DNA from: Acidimicrobiia bacterium
Lineage (GTDB): Bacteria > Actinomycetota > Acidimicrobiia > Spongiisociales > ZC4RG35
Length of the DNA stretch: 64,000 nt
NCBI GenBank assembly: GCA_036375695.1
Contig: DASVBU010000007.1
Location: 5,380-69,379, forward strand
Direction: 5' to 3'
In this document: piece after piece, positions 59,115 through 64,000 of the stretch
Numbering within the stretch: position 1 is the first letter of the stretch
Layout: each line of letters opens with the position of its first letter
The notes under the pieces: model-generated
What the model was told of the DNA's origin: nothing
Seen by the model: only the letters and a program-made list of their open reading frames with translations
Database searches by the model: none
Position numbers and translations under genes: made by a program

Positions 59115-59849
59115 ATGCGAGCCTTCACCTGTGGTTGCGGCGTCGAGATCACCGAGGCGGACACCGACACCGTCGTCGACCCCGTCCATCGGCACTTCAC
59201 CGAGGCGCATCCTGAGTACGGGCTCACGCCCGTGGCCGTCCGCAACTACCTGGAGGCGGAGGACCGGGCCACCGGCGGAACGGAACGCCTGGAGACGATC
59301 GACCCGATCAGGATCGTCCCCGTCGAGCCCGCTGCCGCCGACGAGATCCTGTCGTTCTTCGACCACGAGCTCTTCGCCGACAACCCCGCCTGGGGTTCGT
59401 GCTACTGCATGTTCTACTTCCTCGGAGGCGCCGGGAACCATGACTGGGGCAACCAGCCCTGGCAGGACGTGCGGCGGGCCCAGCACGACCGGATCAGCAC
59501 GGGTCGAACGACAGGTGTGGTCGCCTACTCGGGTGACCGGCTGGCCGGTTGGTGCAACGCCACGTCCCGGGCGGAGTTCCCCGGCCATCGCCAAGGGGGC
59601 GACGAACGCGTCTGCTCGGTCGTCTGCTTCGCCGTGGCACCGCCCTACAGGGGCCACGGTGTGGCGAGGCTGCTCCTCGACGGCGCGGTGGCAATGGCGC
59701 GTGACCACGGCTTCGATGCCGTCGAGGGGTACCCGGTCCGGGATCCGTCCAGCCCGCAGGCCGCCTATCACGGGACCCTGGACCTGTTCCAGGGCCAGGG
59801 CTTCCGCATCACGTCCGAGGACCCGCTCACCGTCCGTCTCGATCTCTGA
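59115..59849 (+). CDS. GNAT-like acetyltransferase with N-terminal Cys-containing extension (paralog of 35111..35719)
   Basis: 244 aa. The N-terminus reads 'MRAFTCGCGVEITEADTD', and the C-terminus 'VVCFAVAPPYRGHGVARLLLDGAVAMARDHGFDAVEGYPV' resembles GNAT motif A. Confidence 0.45.
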   Translation: MRAFTCGCGVEITEADTDTVVDPVHRHFTEAHPEYGLTPVAVRNYLEAEDRATGGTERLETIDPIRIVPVEPAAADEILSFFDHELFADNPAWGSCYCMFYFLGGAGNHDWGNQPWQDVRRAQHDRISTGRTTGVVAYSGDRLAGWCNATSRAEFPGHRQGGDERVCSVVCFAVAPPYRGHGVARLLLDGAVAMARDHGFDAVEGYPVRDPSSPQAAYHGTLDLFQGQGFRITSEDPLTVRLDL

Positions 59850-59882
59850 TCCGCAAATCCCGATCATCCCTAGACTCGCCAC

Positions 59883-59999
59883 ATGAAGCGCATCCTGATC
59901 CTGGCGCTCTTGGCCCTGGGCATCGCCGGCATCGTCATGGCAGCCCGTCGGGCCGGCGAAGAGTCTGCCGAGACCTGGACCCCCGTCCAGCCTTCGTGA
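59883..59999 (+). CDS. Candidate 38-aa hydrophobic peptide ORF, translationally coupled (GTGA) to the downstream gene
   Basis: ATG 59883 gives MKRILILALLALGIAGIVMAARRAGEESAETWTPVQPS. Its stop TGA overlaps the GTG start of the 59996 ORF. Confidence 0.3.
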   Translation: MKRILILALLALGIAGIVMAARRAGEESAETWTPVQPS

Positions 60000-60643
60000 A
60001 GGTCGGCGTCCCGGCGGCAGGCGAGGCTGCGTCCCGCGCGGCTCACTCTCTCGCGGCCCATCCCGCCGTCGATCAGTTGGTGATCATCGGACCGGCGAAC
60101 TCCCGCTACTACCAGGTGGTCGAGGACCCGTCCGACTGTGACCTCCTCGTCGTGACCGGACCAGACGCACCGTCCCGACACGCATCGTCGGGCGTCCCCA
60201 TGGTCTGGGACGGCCCCCAACGGCTGCCGGGGGTCGTGGTATGGGGAGCGTCACCATTGGGCCTGGCCCTCGCCCTGGCCGAGAGGGAGAACGATCCAGA
60301 GGAGATCGCGGTGGCCCACCCCGACCTCGCCCCGCAACTCGGCGGGCGGGTCAGGTTCCCCGACCCCGTCGGCAGGGTCGGTGTCGCCGAGACGGCGGTC
60401 GGCGGGCGGAGCCTGCTCGCCGGGAAGCCCAATGGCTCGTTCGCCGCCGTGATGGTCAAGGGCCGGGACCGTTCCGTGGCCGTCGTCGACGACGGGGCTT
60501 TCATGACCGGGATCACCCTCGCCGCAGGCGTGGCGGTGGCCGACGGCACACCGAGGCCCGTGTGGGGCGATTCCCTGTCCTATCTGAGGGCCGTCACCGA
60601 GATGGGTCTGGTGATGGCCGAGAGCGCAACCACCCCGGCCTAG
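59996..60643 (+). CDS. Hypothetical protein
   Basis: 215 aa from a GTG start. No recognisable motif; Ala/Gly/Val-rich. Confidence 0.4.
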   Translation: MKVGVPAAGEAASRAAHSLAAHPAVDQLVIIGPANSRYYQVVEDPSDCDLLVVTGPDAPSRHASSGVPMVWDGPQRLPGVVVWGASPLGLALALAERENDPEEIAVAHPDLAPQLGGRVRFPDPVGRVGVAETAVGGRSLLAGKPNGSFAAVMVKGRDRSVAVVDDGAFMTGITLAAGVAVADGTPRPVWGDSLSYLRAVTEMGLVMAESATTPA

Positions 60644-61152
60644 TCGCCGACGGCGGGTTCCACCACCGGTGTCTCCTCGGTGGGGATGTCCACGTGCGCG
60701 GACGGTGGGGTCGAACCGCCGTTTCCGGTCCTGTAGTCGGCCGGAGGGTGGAGCACCGACGCAGGAGCGGCTGCGAACGGGGCATTGAGGGTCTCTTCGA
60801 GGACCACGATCTCCAGGCCCCCAACCACGTCGGAGACCAGGTTGTAGACGATGGCGCCGGCAACCGTGAGGCCCGTCATGGCGACCCACCAGGCGACGGC
60901 GCTGAAGATCACCGCCCGCAGGAACTGCTCGGTGTTGGCGAACGGCTGGGTCCCCTGCTCGATGAGGGTGATCTCGGTGAGGAACTCGGTGAGCTTGTCG
61001 GGGATGCCGGCGCGATCCACCACGGCCCAGAAGATGACCATGCCCAGGACGAGGGCCACGGCGAGAACCGCCCACACCAAGGACGCGACCTTGAGGGCGG
61101 TCCAAGGATCGATCTTCCGCACTATGCGTCTGACGCGCCGAACTGTGGCCAC
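60640..61152 (-). CDS. DUF3566 transmembrane protein (conserved neighbour of gyrA)
   Basis: 170 aa. 'IDPWTALKVASLVWAVLAVALVLGMVIFW...FLRAVIFSAVAWWVAMTGLTVAGAIVYNLVSDVVGGLEI' is the DUF3566 pattern. It sits immediately downstream of gyrA, as in other actinobacteria. Confidence 0.7.
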   Translation of the reverse strand: MATVRRVRRIVRKIDPWTALKVASLVWAVLAVALVLGMVIFWAVVDRAGIPDKLTEFLTEITLIEQGTQPFANTEQFLRAVIFSAVAWWVAMTGLTVAGAIVYNLVSDVVGGLEIVVLEETLNAPFAAAPASVLHPPADYRTGNGGSTPPSAHVDIPTEETPVVEPAVGD

Positions 61153-61266
61153 TGGGCTCCTGGGGGTTACGACGAAAAGTCTACGAGAAGGGGACGAATA
61201 GAAAACGTCATGTCGCTTCTCCGGGTTCCCACCCTACGTACCCAGCCCGCGGAAGCGTGAATCGCG

Positions 61267-63705
61267 CTACTGGGCGTCGCCGTTGACATCGTCGACCAGG
61301 GCGGCCGCCGCCAACTCGTTCCCGTCACCGACGTCGATGACCTTGACGCCGGTGGCGTCCCGCCCCTGCCGGCTGATCGACCCCACCGCCGTGCGGATCC
61401 CGACACCCGCCGTGGAGACGAGGAACACCTCGTCCTCGGGGGACACCGCCAGAGCCGACACCAGCGACCGCCGCGCCCGGGTCAGCTTGAAGGCCTTGAC
61501 CCCCATGCCGCCTCGGCCCTGACGGCGGAACTCCTTCATGGCGGTGCGCTTCCCGTACCCGGCCGAAGTGAGGAGGAGCACCTCGTCGCCCTCGACGTTG
61601 GAGACGGCGGAGACGACCTCGTCGCCCTCGCGCAACTTGATTCCCCGGACGCCTTGGGTGCCCCGGCCCATGCTCCGGAGCTCCTTCTCGGCGAACCGGA
61701 TCCCCATGCCGTCCCGGGTGAAGATCAGGATGTCGTTCTCGCCGTTGGTCGTGCGGACCGAGACCAGCTCGTCGTCGTCCGCCAGTCTGATGGCCACGAG
61801 GGTGTTGTTCCGGGAGTCGTACTCCTTGAACTCGGTCTTCTTCGCCTGGCCCTTCTTGGTCACCATCACCAGGTAGCGGCTGGTCTCGTAGTCCCGGGTG
61901 TCGATGACCGCCTGGATGATCTCCTCGGGGCCGAGCGGGAGCACGGCCTGGGCGAGGACGCCCTTGGCCGTCCGCTCCTTGCGCGGGATGGCGTGTGCCT
62001 TGACCCGATGCACCAGCCCCTTGTTGGTGAAGAACAACAGATAGGCGTGCGCCGTGGTGTGGATCAGGTGCCTGATCACCTCATCGCCCGGCACCTCGGC
62101 GGCCTTGACCCCACGACCACCTCGGGACTGCGTCCGGTAGGTGGAGGCGGGCACCGACTTCACGTAGCCGGAGGAGGTGACGGTGACGATGATCTCTTCG
62201 TCGGCGATGAGATCCTCGAGGCTGAGCTCGCCATCGTCGGGGACGATCCGGGTGCGCCGCTCGTCGCCGTACTTCTCCCTGATCTCGGTGAGTTCGTCTC
62301 TGATGATCTGCCAGCGTCGACCGGGGTCGGCGAGGATCGCCTCCAGGTCCTTGATCCGCTCATGGAGCTCGGCCAGTTCGGCGCGCAGCTTGTCGACCTC
62401 GAGGGCGGTGAGCCGCCGCAGTGGCATGTCGAGGATGGCGTTGGCCTGGATCTCGGTCAGTTCGAACCGCTCGATGAGGTTGGCGCGGGCCTCGCTGGTG
62501 TCGGCCGACCCGCGGATGATCGCCACCACTTCGTCGATGTTGTCCACCGCGACGATGAGGCCCTCGAGGATGTGGGCCCGGGCCTTCGCCTGGTCGAGAC
62601 GGAACCGGGTGCGCCGCTCGACCACGTCCATCTGGTGATCGAGGTAGTAGCCGACCATCTCGGCGATGTTCAGGGTGCGGGGCACCCCGTCGACCAGCGC
62701 CACCATGTTGTAGGGGATGCTCTCCTGGAGGGGCGTGTTCTTGTACAGCTGGTTGAGCACCACCTGGGGCACCGCCTCTTTGCGGAGGTAGATGGCGAGG
62801 CGGGTGCCGACCCGATCGGACGACTCGTTCCGGACCTCCGCGATCCCCGTGATCTTCTTGTCCTCGACCAGTTCCTTGATCCGGGAGATGATCCGCTCGA
62901 TCGAAACCTGGTAGGGCAGCTCCGTGGCGACGATGGCGGTCCGGCCCTTCTTCGACTCTTCGATGTCGCACACCGCCCGGACCTTGACCGAGCCGCGACC
63001 GGTGGTCAGCGCCTCCCGGGCGCCGCCGGCGCCGAGGAGATACCCGCCAGTGGGGAAGTCAGGGCCCTTGACGAAGCGGAGAAGTTCCTCGGCCGACGCA
63101 TCGGGGTTGTCGATGACATGGATGCAGGCGTCGATGACCTCGGTGAGGTTGTGGGGCGGGATGCTGGTCGCCATGCCCACGGCGATGCCCTGCGAGCCGT
63201 TGACGATCAGGTTGGGGAAGCGGGAGGGCAGGACCGAGGGCTCCTGCTGCTCCCCGTTGTAGTTGTCGACGAAATCGACGGTGTTCTCGTCGATCCCCTC
63301 CAGCATGTGCATGGCGAGACGGGTGAGCCGGCACTCCGTGTACCGGGCCGCGCCGGGCGGGTCGTCGATGCTCCCGAAGTTCCCCTGCGGGTCGATGAGC
63401 AGGTAGCGCATCGAGAAGTCCTGCCCCATGCGCACCAGAGCGTCGTAGATGGCCTGGTCGCCGTGGGGGTGGTAGTTGCCCATGACGTCGCCGACGACCT
63501 TGGCGCACTTCCGGTGGGGCCCCGTCGGACCCATGTTGGACTCCGACATCGAGTAGATGATCCGCCGCTGCACCGGCTTGAGACCGTCCCTCACGTCCGG
63601 GAGGGCGCGGGAGACGATCACCGACATGGCGTAGTCGATGAACGACGCCTCCATCTCGTCGGTGATCTCGATCTCGGGGAGTTCTGGGCGGGTCTCGCTG
63701 GTCAT
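61267..63705 (-). CDS. gyrA: DNA gyrase subunit A
   Basis: 812 aa. 'AMSVIVSRALPDVRDGLKPVQRRI', the active-site 'YHPHGD', and the C-terminal beta-pinwheel repeats. Confidence 0.95.
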   Translation of the reverse strand: MTSETRPELPEIEITDEMEASFIDYAMSVIVSRALPDVRDGLKPVQRRIIYSMSESNMGPTGPHRKCAKVVGDVMGNYHPHGDQAIYDALVRMGQDFSMRYLLIDPQGNFGSIDDPPGAARYTECRLTRLAMHMLEGIDENTVDFVDNYNGEQQEPSVLPSRFPNLIVNGSQGIAVGMATSIPPHNLTEVIDACIHVIDNPDASAEELLRFVKGPDFPTGGYLLGAGGAREALTTGRGSVKVRAVCDIEESKKGRTAIVATELPYQVSIERIISRIKELVEDKKITGIAEVRNESSDRVGTRLAIYLRKEAVPQVVLNQLYKNTPLQESIPYNMVALVDGVPRTLNIAEMVGYYLDHQMDVVERRTRFRLDQAKARAHILEGLIVAVDNIDEVVAIIRGSADTSEARANLIERFELTEIQANAILDMPLRRLTALEVDKLRAELAELHERIKDLEAILADPGRRWQIIRDELTEIREKYGDERRTRIVPDDGELSLEDLIADEEIIVTVTSSGYVKSVPASTYRTQSRGGRGVKAAEVPGDEVIRHLIHTTAHAYLLFFTNKGLVHRVKAHAIPRKERTAKGVLAQAVLPLGPEEIIQAVIDTRDYETSRYLVMVTKKGQAKKTEFKEYDSRNNTLVAIRLADDDELVSVRTTNGENDILIFTRDGMGIRFAEKELRSMGRGTQGVRGIKLREGDEVVSAVSNVEGDEVLLLTSAGYGKRTAMKEFRRQGRGGMGVKAFKLTRARRSLVSALAVSPEDEVFLVSTAGVGIRTAVGSISRQGRDATGVKVIDVGDGNELAAAALVDDVNGDAQ

Positions 63706-63711
63706 GTGGGT

Positions 63712-64000
63712 CTAGATGTCGAGGAACCGGATGTCGCCGGCGTTCTCCTGGATGAAGGTCTTGCGGGAGGCGACGTCGTCTCCCATGAGGGTGCTGAACA
63801 CCTCTTCGGCCCTGGCGGCGTCCTCCATCTGCACCTGGACGAGGACGCGGGACTCCGGGTCCATGGTGGTCTCCCTGAGCTCGGCGGCGTTCATCTCACC
63901 GAGACCCTTGAAGCGGGTGGGCTTGGCCTTGGGGTGCTCCTCGAGGAACTCCGCCAGGGCCGCGTCGTCCTTCAGGTAATGGACCTGCGATCCCACCTTG
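63712..64000 (-). CDS. gyrB: DNA gyrase subunit B (C-terminal fragment; the gene runs past the window edge)
   Basis: '...[24 protein letters not shown]...DA..A...F..LMGD.V..R..FI..NA..I..LDI' is the GyrB C-terminal tail. Confidence 0.9.
   Translation of the reverse strand, partial: KVGSQVHYLKDDAALAEFLEEHPKAKPTRFKGLGEMNAAELRETTMDPESRVLVQVQMEDAARAEEVFSTLMGDDVASRKTFIQENAGDIRFLDI

Overview
This is a high-GC (~70%) chromosomal window, probably actinobacterial, lying next to the replication origin. Evidence for that placement: gyrA and a partial gyrB at 61.3-64.0 kb, a DUF3566 gene, tRNA-Ile and tRNA-Ala, crgA, and the conserved cell-wall and division signalling cluster fhaA-fhaB-pstP-rodA-pbpA-pknB at 20.3-26.9 kb. 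Most of the rest is ordinary housekeeping: mscL, a SulP transporter, secDF, an OmpR-type two-component pair, serS with all four tRNA-Ser isoacceptors plus tadA, tRNA-Leu, a thiolase, GH13 alpha-glucosidase, MFS transporters, several GNAT acetyltransferases, a SoxR regulator next to a perfect SoxR box, a radical-SAM SplB-like protein, an L,D-transpeptidase and an EAL protein. The most unusual locus is at 42.7-56.1 kb. It holds a ~1700-aa single-chain protein that fuses a SARP DNA-binding/BTAD module, a degenerate Ser/Thr (pseudo)kinase domain, a STAND P-loop NTPase and a C-terminal WD40 beta-propeller. Next to it, on the minus strand, sits a partner-switching module: two paralogous membrane proteins that look like histidine-kinase sensor halves with no kinase core, two STAS anti-sigma antagonists, and a GAF-PP2C(SpoIIE)-HATPase fusion. 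A second AfsR-like SARP-ATPase-TPR regulator is transcribed divergently from that module. Other points of interest: a shared GTAC-N3-GTAC palindromic motif family in the tRNA-Ser spacer and the crgA upstream region, a 3-copy ~72-bp tandem repeat carrying hairpins, two tandem paralogous genes for small secreted proteins with Thr-Pro-Asp-Ser repeats upstream of the two-component system, a QueA-like gene in the SoxR-controlled operon, and a 38-codon hydrophobic peptide ORF coupled to a downstream gene near gyrA. I saw no transposase or integrase genes and no CRISPR array. Many long ORFs on the opposite strand in the track are high-GC shadow ORFs. My hand-counted coordinates for non-ORF features may be off by a base or two.
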